DNA of 63,359 nucleotides, the filler included, from Licmophora abbreviata (Eukaryota), in NCBI GenBank assembly GCA_900291995.1. It is 12 parts of 12 records of this genome, joined end to end, with 100 filler letters (N's around TTAATTAATTAA, not from the genome) between each part and the next. Parts side by side here need not be neighbours in the genome. Positions count along the whole stretch, not along the records: positions 41,249 to 58,147 come from OLMU01000650.1; 11 more parts are not named here. One strand, 5' to 3'. The stretch's first letter is position 1; each line of letters begins with the position of its first letter. The position numbers and the translations under genes were made by a program. The notes under the pieces are model-generated. The model searched no databases. It worked only from the letters and a program-made list of their open reading frames with translations, and had not been told where the DNA came from. Below, in pieces: positions 44,791-57,731 of this stretch.

Positions 44791-47700
44791 TTAAAAGAAG
44801 AACGCTTCTTCGTCGTCGTCATCTTCGATCGTACCCAATCCGAGATATTCGTTCAAGTTAGAGCTGACCTTGATTTCGGCATGGTTGTTGTTCAAATTTC
44901 TCGTTGCATGGGTGAAGCTGACCGATTTCGACATCGCCGGGCTGAAACTTTCGACATAAGATGACGATAGAGTGTCCATGGCCTCGGGACGGCCTTCCAC
45001 ATATGACCTCAAATCCACAGCTGAATTGAACTTCCGATCTCGGGTAGACACTTTTACGAGACTCTCCAGAAGCTCCTGTACCTCAGACACATCGTGCAGA
45101 TAGTTTGCTGCGGCACTGGGCTTTTTCCCGACCGTGCACGTGAAGACATCAAGCTCTAGAGATACAAATGGGTCGCACGACGAGACGTCGACAAGCGTCA
45201 ACGATGTCGGCACAGGAGGCAATGGATCGTCGCCCCCCTTTGCAAGCCGTGCGCCAATGATTCGACGACCGACTTGTCGCATGACAGATAACATTGGCTC
45301 GTCGCAATGATCATCGCCCAGCACGAGGGCGAAATCGACTTTTGTCGACGCTGCAATGGTTGGAAACTTCTGAATAACATGCATTGCCAATACCCCTTTG
45401 TTCACACCCTTGGGACGCACTTCAACATAGCCACCTTCCTCGACGCCACCGAGAAGGATGTCGACAGCAAAGCTTGATAGGACATTTGCGAGGTGATCTT
45501 CGAGCTCTCGTGCTTGGAGGTATCCAAATTCAGGATCGGCATCGCGGTACTGCCAGAGCACCTTCATCTCGGTTTCTTCGATATAGCTTCCGTGCGTCCG
45601 TGACGTGTAGACTTCCATTATACTGATGGCAAGAGGTCTCCACGAGCGGTCGCGATCGGGAACAATGGTTTCCCACATACGTTTATCATGCGCCTTGGCC
45701 GTGGGCCACGAGATGAACATACCGTGCTCAGCAGCCAGTCCCAAGTGTGGAATGTGGCTAAGCGTACTTGTCAGCGAGTGGCGCTCCTTTCCACTTACGA
45801 CAAACACCGTGTTGCGGCGATCTGAGCAAAGCTGAGTGAGCGCTGTCATCATTTCTTCGGTGGGGGCAGATGGGGCTCGAGTCTGTTTGACCATCTGAAA
45901 GCGTTTGAGATTGTCGAGCTGAGGATTCAAAACAGCAGAGCGGCGTGAGAAAATTGAACAACTGAGACTATCTACAACCCGTTCGCCGCGGAACTCACGT
46001 TGTCGTTGCTAACGATAGTTCCTCCGTAGTCAACAAGAATTAGCCGGGAACGGGCATTCCTATATGCCTTCGCGACACGCCCAATGTCAAGGGAACCGAA
46101 ACCGGTGTCCATTCCAAGAAGACGGTATCCAAGACCCAGTCCCGCCCCTGTGTTCTGCACTGGATTGATGTTCTTATGTACTCCTTTCAAATCGAGCATA
46201 ACGGCGAGAGCCCATCGCTGAGTGGTGACCCGTGTTACAAACTCCGATGCGCAGCTGAGTCGCCGCAGCCTCTCGTCGTCGGACATGATCAGCGATTGAT
46301 GAAAAGCGGTCGCGATTTCAGATACCTGCTCGGAAATAGAAAGAGGTAAGGGATGAGAGGATGGAATGACGATGCTCGTCTGACACAATGACTGTTGCGT
46401 TCATTACCTTCCAAGGATTCACATGTAGAGCCCCACGCATGATGCGGGTGCAGCTCGAGAATTCGGAAAGTATACACAGTCCGCGTTTTCGACCATCTCT
46501 CTTTCCCGACTCCGTAAGAGCATCTTGATGAGCAATAGTGAACTCCTGCGTAGACAAAGGACGTGAAAATTTCAGCAAAGAATCGGGTGACGGGAGGGCA
46601 GAGCAGCAACAAATTAGCACACGTTTGTGCTTACCAGAGGGATAAGATTCAACCCATCACGGATAGGTGTTACAAGCACCACGTCAGCCGCCCTCATTAA
46701 CGCCATGCGCTGTTGTAACCTCATCTCCGATTCTCTGCATTCTTGGAACTGCACGACGCCTGGCCAGGCTTGATTCAGTTTCGAGACCATATGCAACACT
46801 TCTTTCTTGGTGTTCACGTAGTCGTCACCTCTTTCGAAGGCCGAGATTCCGACTTGAACTAGAACAATCTTCCCAACCCACTCCGGGCACCGACGAAGGA
46901 AGCGCTCAAGTCCCAACAATTTCAATGGGATCCCTTTTAGGGACTCAAGTCGATCGATGGCGCAAAAGATGATTTTCCCCGTGAACTGGTTCCTGATTGA
47001 TAACGCCTGCGGCCAAGCATCCAGGTATCAAGCGTGAGGAATGCGCAACGCAACGCAAAGCTAAAGAACAGATCTATCATCATCACATACCTTCTCGAGC
47101 GTCGTGTTGTGGGTCAAGATCTGGTACAGTACCGGCGGTTCAACACCTGCATGAATGCTTGTGACTGCGACGTGGCGTCCATTCGTATCGATAGCCAGTG
47201 TGTGACCACCCGACGAATCTGGAATCATTCCATAATCCAGACCCAGAAGCCGACGGCAGCATGTCAGAAAATGGCGGGCGTACTCGTAGAGATGGAAACC
47301 AACCTGGTCGGCATTCAACATGCCACGCAGAAGGTCCTCACGGCACCACAGCGTACGAAAGATTTCAGAGCTCGGAAATGGCGTGTGCAGGAAGATACCT
47401 ACCTTAGCCATTGGAATGCGACGTGTAAGATAGGAGGGGAGAATTAACAAATGGAATCCATGGATCCAGACAAGATCTCCTTCGTTGAAGCACTGCACCA
47501 CAGTTTCAGCAAATTTTCGATTCACAGAGTTGTACGCAGACCAAAGCGCGGCTTCCTGGCCAGCACCTCCATGAATCGGCCCTTGCTCCACGTCGTCCAT
47601 CGAATACTCGGAGAATTCGCTCTGATCATGAATAGGTGATGCCATGTTCTCATTGCTTTCCTTAGCGTTCTCTCCCTTGGAGTACACAGATGTCATGTGA

Positions 47701-49169
47701 TGAAGCAGCGGCCAGAGGACGCCCTTGCAGAAGCCATTGTACCTGAATTGCAATTTGGGAAGACGTTCAGTCTGATCCTTTACTCTGCGTACTAGAACAC
47801 GAAACTTTCGAATACTTACATATCTCCAAACATTACCGGGTCGACCCAGACTGGCACGCAGTTGAAAGGCGCCAAGCAGGCCTCGACCTTATGGCGTTCC
47901 TCGACAGGAACACCCGCTTGAGGACTGGGTTCACTGTGTCTCTCTGATCCTTCTGTTCCCGACATTCGTCGATTCCCGTGCCATCCACGCCACTTCACGA
48001 CCCCGACACGCGTCACTCGCAAATGTGTCTGCATCGATAGTAACACCTCATAGTCCCAATCGGCCGTCCATTCGCCCGCATCACTACGATGCAAGTGTAC
48101 AGGAAGAAACGCGCTCACCACGACGAGCCCATCGGTCGAATTGAGATGCACAGCTTGTCGATTGATCAAAGGCTTTTGGTGCAAGGGAGGAGGGACAGGA
48201 GCAAATCCTACCTTTTTGCCGTCTCGCTTGCGCCCACCTCCCTGCTTTGGCGTGGCCTGCGTCCCTCCCAGTTGCGGTCTGGAGTCGCGTGAGTGCAAGG
48301 ACGAGGCCGATAAGGTTACTTGCGTCTGATTGACACGAATGTGATCAATGTCGGGAGGTCCCGTGGTAATGCCCAAGACGTCATTGACAATGTAAGTTTC
48401 GCGGTTCGCCAAAAGCTTCAATGGAAACTCATGACGCAATTCGTCCGTCACCGCGTTGTTTTGAAACGTGAAATTATCATCCATGGTCACGTCATCCTCA
48501 CCAGCTCCCAATTTTTGCTGAGTGATCCCTCCATGTCGACTGTCCCCTTCGGGCGGACCATCCGACGGCTGCTCCCATCGGTGAAAGACCCCTGCGCGAT
48601 GGATTGCGTACTTATAGGAAAAGAACCTCTTGTCCCGAGGCAGGGAAGCATCATCCTTGCGGTCCGGAGGAATCGAGATGGCCAGTGGCGAGACAGTGTG
48701 ATACCAAGGGTACGAGGACGCCGTCGTATACAAGGGAATTGACTGTCAGAATCGTCGACATAGGAACGAGGCGGGAGTGAGTTCAGATTTCACGATTCGC
48801 TTCAAGAGATGTTCCCTCAATCAAGTAACAAACTTGCTCTTCAGCAGCTATCAGAAGACCAGTCCTGGCCTAATTCGGATCAAAATAGTGCCAAACAGGT
48901 CTCCATCGAGGCACATACAACCACTTCGAATGACATCCAGGTGCGTACGCAAAGCATGATATTTCGCCCGGTACGATTCCTACGAGCTGGTACGGACAAG
49001 AGTTCGAAGAGTTCGCACTGACCTTCGAAAGATTGGGGTCATCAGATTTCACCAAAAAGACGTCTTCTCCATGGCCCAACGTCTCACATCGCACACGAAA
49101 GTCCGTATGAGCAATGTACCCGCCAGTAGCTGCCTCCACCTGCTCATTTGTCTGCAGAGTCGCGCTCAT
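44791..49169 (-). CDS. TPS: CBM20 + trehalose-6-phosphate synthase + phosphatase fusion (7 exons)
   Basis: Introns 48743-49022, 47743-47819, 47007-47090, 46546-46634, 46326-46407 and 45919-45998. 'YNGFCKGVLWPLLH', 'FLHTPFPSSEIFR', 'RDGLNLIPLEF', 'AAEHG', 'VEVRPKGVNKG', 'GDDHCDE'. Confidence 0.92.
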
Positions 49170-49441
49170 GGTGAAGCTTGATGACGGGCTGCTCTTCTTC
49201 TTTGGAGGGACGTGACATGACATTCCGTAATGTCCGTAGAGCTTGTACATGCGCGAATCTCCGTAGACCTGGTACATTCGGTACCTCCAATTCCTGCATC
49301 GGTCGATTGATTCATTCGATTCGATTCATTCAAGATTATTTCGCCGAAGGGTTCAAATACGATTTCCCGCCGACGTCCCGATGCCTAGAGCAACGCAAAT
49401 GGAAAATGTCGCCCAGCGCCTATTTCATATGTGCTACTGAT

Positions 49442-52400
49442 TTATCTGCTATCTCTTATCATACTGTCCAGCTCAGCAATGAGCTTTCCGACGGGAGCGA
49501 CAATGGCCACACTTAGCTCACCCAAGGAGTAGTGATAGAAATTGCAGAACGCCTTGAGAGTCTTCTGAATAAAGACAAGGCCGTTCTCGGGCAGTTCTCC
49601 AAGGATAGCATCTCGAATAGAGCGGGAGTCGAATGGCTCTTCTGTAGCTGCATTCTGTCTCATTAGACAGCACACGAGAATACACCCGTTCCCGGCGAGA
49701 ACGAGAGGTTCCTCCTCGTGTTTCTCTAGTGACCGACTTACTTCGATGCCTTGCTCTGTGCTGCTCTCACCAAAACTTCCATTGAGTATTGCACCTTGAA
49801 AGGAGCTTGTTTCGTTGACAATCCACGCTGACAACCATGGAATAAAGTTGTGACCCGTACTAGACGTGTACGCACCCAAGCTTTCCCTGATACCCGTGGT
49901 TCCAATGACGTTCGTCAACGTATTGAGACAAAAGACAACCATGTCAAAGGCGACGTGATCATGGTCACTGGATACCCTATCGTCAGTCGAGCGACTCCTA
50001 GCATTCCTTGATCTCGATTCAGCGGCTCGGATCAGCAGATCCACCAGGATGCTTGTTCCCATGCGGGATTCGTTGGTGTCCACAGGGCATACACTCTTGA
50101 TGCGGTACGAAAGCATTAGCTGCTCTCCCGCTTCACGATTGTCGTGTGTAAGACTTGTCAATGTCCGAAGAGCAGTCAGCCCAATGTCCTGGATTGCCGT
50201 CGATTCAGGCGAAGGCGATGAGCCGATACCGATTGACTGATGATCCGACATCGTCTGAAGCAAGAGTAAAAGGCTACCAATCAAGGAACCGCTCTTGTCG
50301 GAGCACAATTCAATGCGATTTTCCGCGGTGAGGCAACAAGCACTGTCTATCAACGATGCAAGCGTCGACACACGCCGCTGCAAGTGCTCAAGGCATGGTC
50401 GACACGGAGCCTGTTCGGGTGAGATTCCCGATTGAATTAGACGAGCCACCGTGAGGAGCGTTTCGCGCATGGAGTGCGCCAGAACGGGAAGGGACCCGCT
50501 CTCCCTCAGCAGTGAGTTTGTAACCAGCAATGGATTCTTCTTAAGATCGTCTTCATTCAAATCGGAAGGACGGCCATTTCGATTCTCCGTTTCCATTTCG
50601 CTCTCCATGCAGGACACCCCGTCCCCTTCCTTGCCAGTAACGATACGATTCAGTGCATCCAGTGCCATGACGCTTGCATGCGGGAGACTGTCGTCCAACG
50701 TGTCTTCAAGATCAACAGTGCACGTGTGCGACTGATAAACTTCAGGCCGTGCGTTGGTAGCAGCTAGCTGTTTCTTTAGTCTAGACACCTTCTCGTCGAG
50801 TCGAGTGGATGAGGTCGTGTCTACTGTCGTCACCGAGACATCGTCCCGTCCTGTAGTGAAGCACGAATTTGTTCCAGCCGACAAGTTATTTTCCTTCGAG
50901 AAGCTCAAGTTCATTGTATCAGTTGAGATCGCTTTCGCGGGCGATTCGGAAGAAAATGCAAATAGATCCGCCTCTTCGTTCTCCGGAAGTGGGTCGAGGA
51001 CAGTTGGTCGCAATTCAAGCTGGAGCCGTCGTTTCTTCCTTCGATTGCGACGACCTAACAAGGTTGGGTCCGAGTGTTTTCCGGCGGAGAAGGAAGACGA
51101 GTCGTCACTGCTTCCTATTCTTTTGGTCGCTTGCCGCTTGAGTTGATCGTGATCGGCTTCGGGAGACTGGAGAACTGTCGTAGGTGTCTCAGATTGTTCT
51201 CCATTGTCCGGACTTGGGCTCCCAAGTACACGCCGCACGAGTGAATCTTGCTTAATGTACTCACACAACAGTCGCAAGACTCTACCGTCGTGCTTCATTA
51301 CGGCTGATCGTACTTTGCTCGCGGCCAGTGCAGAAGGACTCGATGAATGAGGTTCATGGGTGGTGCAGTCCCAAGAGATAAAGTGCAAAGCCGCGACAAC
51401 TGGAAATAGGTCACTCGGTTGCTGTAGAACGATTTCCAACGACTCTGATGAGCCACCCTCACTCGACCCAGCTAGCTTCAATCGTCCCGTTCTGGTCCGC
51501 GGGGCATTCTTGGTGTCCTTGATCGACGCCGCTTCGGTTGGATGAGAATGTGATTGCATGCGAGAACCCCCAAACTTTTCTTGTGCGCCTCCCGTCACCT
51601 CAATTAAGTCATGATATCTTATACTCATCATGGAATTTTCTGCACCCCTACTCCCCTGACCTACCACCAGTGCATCCAACACTGAAACCAACGCCGCCGT
51701 CCCTTGCGTAGAAAAGAGAATACCACGAGTCTTCTTGTTGGCCAACAGCAATGCCAATTCGTAGACGGCCTTCCTTCCACTCCTACTACTTGCCGAAGCG
51801 CCACTTCCAACGATTGTGCTACACAGATAGCTACAGTCGTCATTAAGCATGCGATAGGATCCCGCATCTTGAACGGCAAACACGTCCGTGCCGGCGCCAA
51901 GGATGGACACCGTGGGTTGTCTGTCGTTTCGCTCTTGCTTTTGTCTGCTTGTCAGTGAAGATGCACCAGAGGACGAAGAATCTCTCGATGGCACTCTGCT
52001 ATCATGTCCGTTATGACGTCGAATGTTCCGGCCCTTCTGATGGCGTTTATGATGAGATGTACTGTTGTAGTTTGAAGACGACGCGACCGATTCCTCTGCT
52101 TCATCCACGCTGATGCTGGCCCCATCTGATTGCAATGTCGACGAGGACGGCAGTGACAAGGAAGAGCACTCGTCATCATCAATATCAGATTTCGTTCGCG
52201 CCGCTTGTTTGGTTTTGAGCTTGAGAAGCTGCCTCATTCTCGTGCGTCGACTGGCAAGCCCGGACGAGGACGACAAGGATGACGATACGTTGCTGCTGCT
52301 GCAGACACTCGCGGACTCGCGCTTGTCCGGTGAAAGAGAGAACCTTACCATCTTTTCCAAACTGCTTGTACTAGGTGCCCTATTGCTCCCTCCTTGCTTA

Positions 52401-52531
52401 GAGTGCGGTATCGGAAACTGTGGAGGAGGAGCGCTCATCGTCGTGGATAGATGGCTGATGCTGTCATTGCTTTGCTGGCCGACAAGACTACTTTGATTGT
52501 CCTCCTCATCAAAGTCAAATATGTCGCCCAT
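49442..52531 (-). CDS. WAPL: WAPL (wings apart-like) cohesin release factor-like
   Basis: Disordered Ser-rich N-terminus with FDF/FAF motifs; C-terminal helical domain with 'ALRTLTSLTHDNREAGEQL' and 'FDMVVFCLNTLTNVI'. Confidence 0.65.
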   Translation of the reverse strand: MGDIFDFDEEDNQSSLVGQQSNDSISHLSTTMSAPPPQFPIPHSKQGGSNRAPSTSSLEKMVRFSLSPDKRESASVCSSSNVSSSLSSSSGLASRRTRMRQLLKLKTKQAARTKSDIDDDECSSLSLPSSSTLQSDGASISVDEAEESVASSSNYNSTSHHKRHQKGRNIRRHNGHDSRVPSRDSSSSGASSLTSRQKQERNDRQPTVSILGAGTDVFAVQDAGSYRMLNDDCSYLCSTIVGSGASASSRSGRKAVYELALLLANKKTRGILFSTQGTAALVSVLDALVVGQGSRGAENSMMSIRYHDLIEVTGGAQEKFGGSRMQSHSHPTEAASIKDTKNAPRTRTGRLKLAGSSEGGSSESLEIVLQQPSDLFPVVAALHFISWDCTTHEPHSSSPSALAASKVRSAVMKHDGRVLRLLCEYIKQDSLVRRVLGSPSPDNGEQSETPTTVLQSPEADHDQLKRQATKRIGSSDDSSSFSAGKHSDPTLLGRRNRRKKRRLQLELRPTVLDPLPENEEADLFAFSSESPAKAISTDTMNLSFSKENNLSAGTNSCFTTGRDDVSVTTVDTTSSTRLDEKVSRLKKQLAATNARPEVYQSHTCTVDLEDTLDDSLPHASVMALDALNRIVTGKEGDGVSCMESEMETENRNGRPSDLNEDDLKKNPLLVTNSLLRESGSLPVLAHSMRETLLTVARLIQSGISPEQAPCRPCLEHLQRRVSTLASLIDSACCLTAENRIELCSDKSGSLIGSLLLLLQTMSDHQSIGIGSSPSPESTAIQDIGLTALRTLTSLTHDNREAGEQLMLSYRIKSVCPVDTNESRMGTSILVDLLIRAAESRSRNARSRSTDDRVSSDHDHVAFDMVVFCLNTLTNVIGTTGIRESLGAYTSSTGHNFIPWLSAWIVNETSSFQGAILNGSFGESSTEQGIEVSRSLEKHEEEPLVLAGNGCILVCCLMRQNAATEEPFDSRSIRDAILGELPENGLVFIQKTLKAFCNFYHYSLGELSVAIVAPVGKLIAELDSMIRDSR

Positions 52532-52882
52532 GGTTGCAAGAGGCGATGCTAGAAGGTGACAGGCGAAGTAGAAGGGAGAAGATTCACAACAGTGTAGAAG
52601 CAATGATGTCGTGATGCATTTGGAGTCGAATTACCATTGTCGAGCCCAGATTGGAAATGAAATGTGAAAACAAATACGACGACATACCATACTTATGTAG
52701 GTTTCTACGTAAGGTATCATCAAAATCTCAAAATGTAACAAATTGACCCCCGAAATCAAGAAAATCATCCGAAAATGACAAAATGACAAACCAGTCACGA
52801 TCGATGCGTTCACCGATCTGAGTCGCGAGTCAACACACACAATGTCCTTTGTCGCCGGCGCTCTTGTCGTCGTCGTCGTTGT

Positions 52883-54298
52883 ATGAACTATCGACGTGCC
52901 GTTGTAGGTGGAGCCATCTTTGTAGTCGCCTGGCCTAGTATTGTGCCTACTGGTGAAACTTTCTTCTTGCGTCGAACAAGTCCATCTCTTATCCTGCAAA
53001 CGACGACTCAAGGTGCCGTTTGTCTTGACTCGGCTCACTCTACTACTGGCGTTGAGACCCATAACACGACCACCATCATGACCACTACTACTACTCTTTC
53101 GTATGAGCTACTCTCCAAACAGAATGCTGAAACTAGTAATGCTTTGATTCAGCATTGGGCTGACTCTGGACCCTTCCAGTTCTTGAGCAAAGCCGAAGGG
53201 GACATGACGGTCGCCCGTGACTTGGAGGACGATCAGAAGCTGCAAGTTGGAATTGATTTCGCCAAGTCCAAGGGTGTTATCGATCCAAAGTTTGTCCCAG
53301 AGCCATATATTGAGATTGATGTACTCGGAAAGACACCCGACACAGTTGCCGACGAGATTCTCGCCTCTGTCGACGCAAAGTCCAATGCGACGACTAAAAG
53401 TGAAGGGTCGGTCATTGTCTTGTGCGGACTCTCGGGAACCGGCAAGGTAGGCGCAATTGAGCACGATGATTGTGATGCTCTGAGTAATTTTACTGGTAAG
53501 ATGACGCGAGATCTGACAGGCCCTCTCATTATACTACTGCTTCCGTTGCAGGGGACCACGGTCACCAGGTTGCGTCAGAAGCTCGAGGCTTCGGAACATG
53601 GACAGCAGCAGGTGGTCACGTGGAGCAACGGAAACATCTTCCGCAGCGTTACTCTGCTGGCAGCCACGTGGTGTGAGCAACAAGAAAAATGTGGAGGCAA
53701 GTTTGATGCTGACAAGGCACTTACCAAAGAAAACTTGGAAAAGTTCATTGGCATGCTTGAGTTTGGAAAGGTAATGCGACGAGCGAAAGATGTGATGTAA
53801 ATCACGTCGATCGCGCATGTGCGTACTGTCACTGTTCTATCTAGCAGGCCGCATGTCTTAACGCTTCTCTTCATCCTCTCGTTACAGTTCAATGGGCACT
53901 ACGATACACGCATTCGTGGACTTGGGCTGGATCTTCTTATTTCCAACGTGCAAAACACTGAGCTGAAACAACCCAAGGTGAGCAAGAACATTCCGACTGT
54001 CGCCCAGGTGACGCAGGGCGAGGTAATTCTATTTGCCGCCAACGCCGTCGAGACCATGGGAAAGGATGGGCTTGTAGTGTTGTTGGAGGGACGCGAACAG
54101 ACGGTCAACTATGTACGAACACCGCATCGATTCACCCTCATTTTGAGCGACGAAAGTCTGATTGGCAAACGACGTGCTGCGCAACGCATCATGGCGGAGG
54201 CCTTGAAGAGTCTCAGCGAGGGAGCGAGTAGTGAAGAGGTGGAAATTGCATTGGAGGGGTGTTTGGAAAAGATGGCGTCGGAAGTTTCTCCGAAATAG
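52883..54298 (+). CDS. Cytidylate kinase-like P-loop protein (introns 53447-53551, 53771-53887)
   Basis: Spliced P-loop 'GLSGTGKGTT', 'SNGNIFRSVT', 'VVLLEGREQTV'. Start uncertain. Confidence 0.75.
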
Positions 54299-54600
54299 AA
54301 ATGCGTGGTGACGACTTGCTTTGCTTTTGTTGCCGAATTGACAGTACCCGACTTCTCGTTGACAGTAGAGCGCTATCGAAGCACATACGCAGAACATAAG
54401 GCAGCAAAAGCTCTAGCTACTCGAATCTACAGAAGACATGAATTTAGGGTGTTCCGCGCCGCCGCTCACAGCCCCCAGCATCCCTCGCATTTTTGTATCA
54501 TACGTCTAACCCGAAGACGCCGTCTGGCCTGCGCCCGGCGCTCGTTTGATTTTTGCAGCCACGCCGCCACACAAAATTTAGATTTGACATCATATCAACC

Positions 54601-55924
54601 ATGGCGACGACGTCTGACAGCGGTGCATGTGCTTCTCCAGGATGCGCCAAGGTCGTCGGACAAAGACTTGCATGTCCCAAATGCATACAGATGGGACTAC
54701 CGCCTGTCTACTTCTGCGGCCAAGAGTGTTTCAAAGATAATTACAGCAGTCACAAACAAGTCCATGTTTTGGCCAAACAGATCATGGCCGCAAGCTCGTC
54801 GTAAGTTCTACACGACAGCTTCACTGCAGAGAACACTGCCGGTATGCAAGTCAGATTGCTAACGTTAGTGCTTATCAATTTTCTACAGGGGTACGGGACA
54901 TCGTAAGACACCTCCAGCAACGGGAGTGTCGTGTGACGAGTCGGCTCCTGCCGAATTGAAACTTTCCCTGCCGAGCTGGGCCAAAAACTACGACTTTACG
55001 GGTAGCCTTCGTCCCTCTCTATATTCTCCGCGTCGCACTGTCCCATCGCATATTCGTAGGACGGATTACGCAAATGATCCAAATGGTATATCCGATTCGG
55101 AGCAGCGGGACCGTGCCACCAACAATTTGATCCGTGTGTATACCGACGAAGAACTCGATGGCGGTCTGCGACATGCCTGTCAGATGGGACGCGAAGTACT
55201 TGATATTGCTGGCAAGGCATTGAGGCCCGGTATCACGACGGATGAGATTGATCGAATTGTTCACGAGGCGACCATTGAACGCGATTGCTACCCATCTCCT
55301 CTCAACTACTATTCATTTCCCAAGACTGTGTGTACATCAATCAACGAGGTAATTTGTCATGGCATTCCAGACTATCGCGAGATTCAGGATGGCGATATCG
55401 TCAATATTGATGTGACAGTTTACAACAAGTTTGGATACCATGGAGATTTGAATGAAACATTTTGCGTCGGAGACGTGGACGAGGAGGGTCGCAAGTTGGT
55501 GAAAACATCGTTTGACTGTCTGGCAGCTGCGTTAGCTCTTGTCAAGCCCGGAACGTTGTATCGCGATCTGGGCACTGCTATTCACAAAGTGGCGAGCGCG
55601 AGCAAATGCAGCGTCGTGCGCACATATTGTGGACATGGCATTGGAAGTCTCTTTCACACAGCACCTAATGTTCCGCACTATCGCAAGAACAAAGCTAAAG
55701 GTGTCATGAAGGTAGGCCATGTCTTTACCGTGGAGCCCATGATAAATTTGGGTGTTCCTGGCGACACGACATGGGGCGATAAATGGACGGCGGTCGCAAC
55801 GGATGGAAAGAGAAGCTCGCAATTTGAGCACACCGTGCTTGTTACAGAGACTGGCTGCGAGATATTAACTGCCCGCGAGGACGAGCCGGTCATGACATGG
55901 AAACCTGAGATCAACCATCGCTAA
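54601..55924 (+). CDS. MAP1: Methionine aminopeptidase 1 (exons 54601-54800, 54889-55924)
   Basis: N-terminal Zn finger 'CPKC...[15 protein letters not shown]', '[14 protein letters not shown]', 'HGDLNET', 'GHGIG', 'FTVEPM', 'QFEHT'. Confidence 0.95.
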
Positions 55925-56535
55925 AGAGTGTAATAACAGCATGTGTCGGCCGAAATAGGTTCCCTAGCATACATAATATCACTAAAACATCTTCTAAGCT
56001 CTAGTTGCGATGAGCATGCATCTTCTGTTCGACTGCCCTGGCATAAGACTTTGTCGAGATCCAGATTGCCAAAGGGCACTTACAAGTGTAGCCCATGTCT
56101 AATAAGGCCTCCTTATTTTGCTAACTCAAGATCCAGCATCACCACCGACGCTGCCATCCCCCGGTCATCACATTGAACTGCGTTGGTTGCATTGAAGCAC
56201 AGTGGTCAGCTTCACAACGTCGACGGTTAATTGAAGTTGGTCCATGCGTCTGCAAGATGACGACAGTTCAATGTGATTCTTCCGTCTGAGTCACAATATC
56301 AGACCTCGTGCGTTGCACTCTTTTACGGTAGTGCGTACTACAGTACCGCAACGTCTCCTCAAACATGTATTTTGCTACGTGCGTACCTCGCAATGACGTG
56401 GCAAAATGAAAACTTGCTCTTTTCAAAGTCTACAGCTCTGAGGATTGGATAGATTTCATCGGTGGCTTGGCGAGCCGTCCATTTCTTGCTCACACTTTTG
56501 CCACGACGAGCCCTCCGACACCCTGTAGTTGAAGC

Positions 56536-57731
56536 ATGAGTCTCCCTGAATACCGTCCCCTGGCTACGTCCAGCGCTGCTGTCGCCCCACCACTCCTCAC
56601 GCAGGTGGGAATGGCTGGGACTGCGGCAGTGATCACTGTTACATTCATCCATCCGATCGATGTCGTAAAGGTATGTCGACATAAGCAAGGTGTTTCGATG
56701 GGGTTCTCGTTTGATGATGGCTGTGTTTTCGGACGGATTTGGGACCGGTTTTGTCGTCTTTAAGAGAAGCTTGACGTAGAAACGCGCGCCTTTTGTGACG
56801 CAAATGAGAACGTTGAGGAAGACTATGGGCACTGCATCACTGCGACTCTGACGGACCGTTAAGAGAGTGTAGGCGTTCCCATGACCTATTTGGGCCAGTG
56901 TAAACCACATCGCGCTCATATGCTCATAATTTCCACCCCACCCCTCACTTTTGTTATCATCAGACACGTATTCAGATTTCCGCGGAATACGGAAAGCTCG
57001 GTATGGTGGGAACCACCAAGAAGGTCGTTGGTGGAGAAGGGGTCACGGCGCTTTGGAAGGGTGTCAACGCCGCATGGCTCCGAGAGGCCTCCTACACGTC
57101 GCTCCGACTGGGGCTTTACGAGCCGTGCAAGATTGCATTTGGCTGCACCACGCCCGAGTCGACGACCTTTCTCAAAAAGTTTGCGGCTGGCAGTGCTGCG
57201 GGAGCACTCGGGTCTCTGGCTGGAAATCCCTTCGACGTACTCAAGACCAAAATGATGGCCAGTGAAGCTGCTGGACAGCCGTCCATCGTTGGTACCGCCA
57301 AGGACCTATTCAAAAACCAAGGCATGGGAGGATTCTACCGTGGCATTGACTCGAACATTGCCCGTGCGATGGTCTTGAACGGAACCAAGATGGCATGTTA
57401 CGATCAGGCAAAGGGATACGTCGTCGACGCAACGGGATGGTCCAAGAGCTCCCTATTGACGCAGTTCTGTTCCGCCGTTACTGCCGGCTTCTTCATGACA
57501 TGTACCGTCAGCCCTTTTGACATGGTTCGTACTCGTCTCATGAACCAGCCGGCCGATGCCAAGATTTACAACAACGCTGTTGACTGCATGGTCAAGATTG
57601 CTACGCAAGAAGGGCCCCTTACTTTCTGGCGAGGCTTTATTCCTATCTGGTCCCGGTTCGCGCCGACCACCACACTACAACTCATAATCTTTGAGCAACT
57701 TCGCTCCGTGCTGGGAATGAAGGCTCTCTAG
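56536..57731 (+). CDS. Mitochondrial carrier, dicarboxylate/oxoglutarate/UCP-like (exons 56536-56670, 56964-57731)
   Basis: 'HPIDVVK|TRIQ', 'REASYTSLRLGLYE', 'NPFDVLKTKM', 'SPFDMVRTRLMNQ', 'WRGFIPIWSRFAP'. Confidence 0.92.

Noticed and set aside
5340..52531. Apparent cluster of cell-cycle/genome-maintenance genes (NTH1, RBR, H2A.X, WAPL)
   Set aside because: Dispersed over 47 kb among unrelated housekeeping genes and several contig joins. No evidence of functional clustering.
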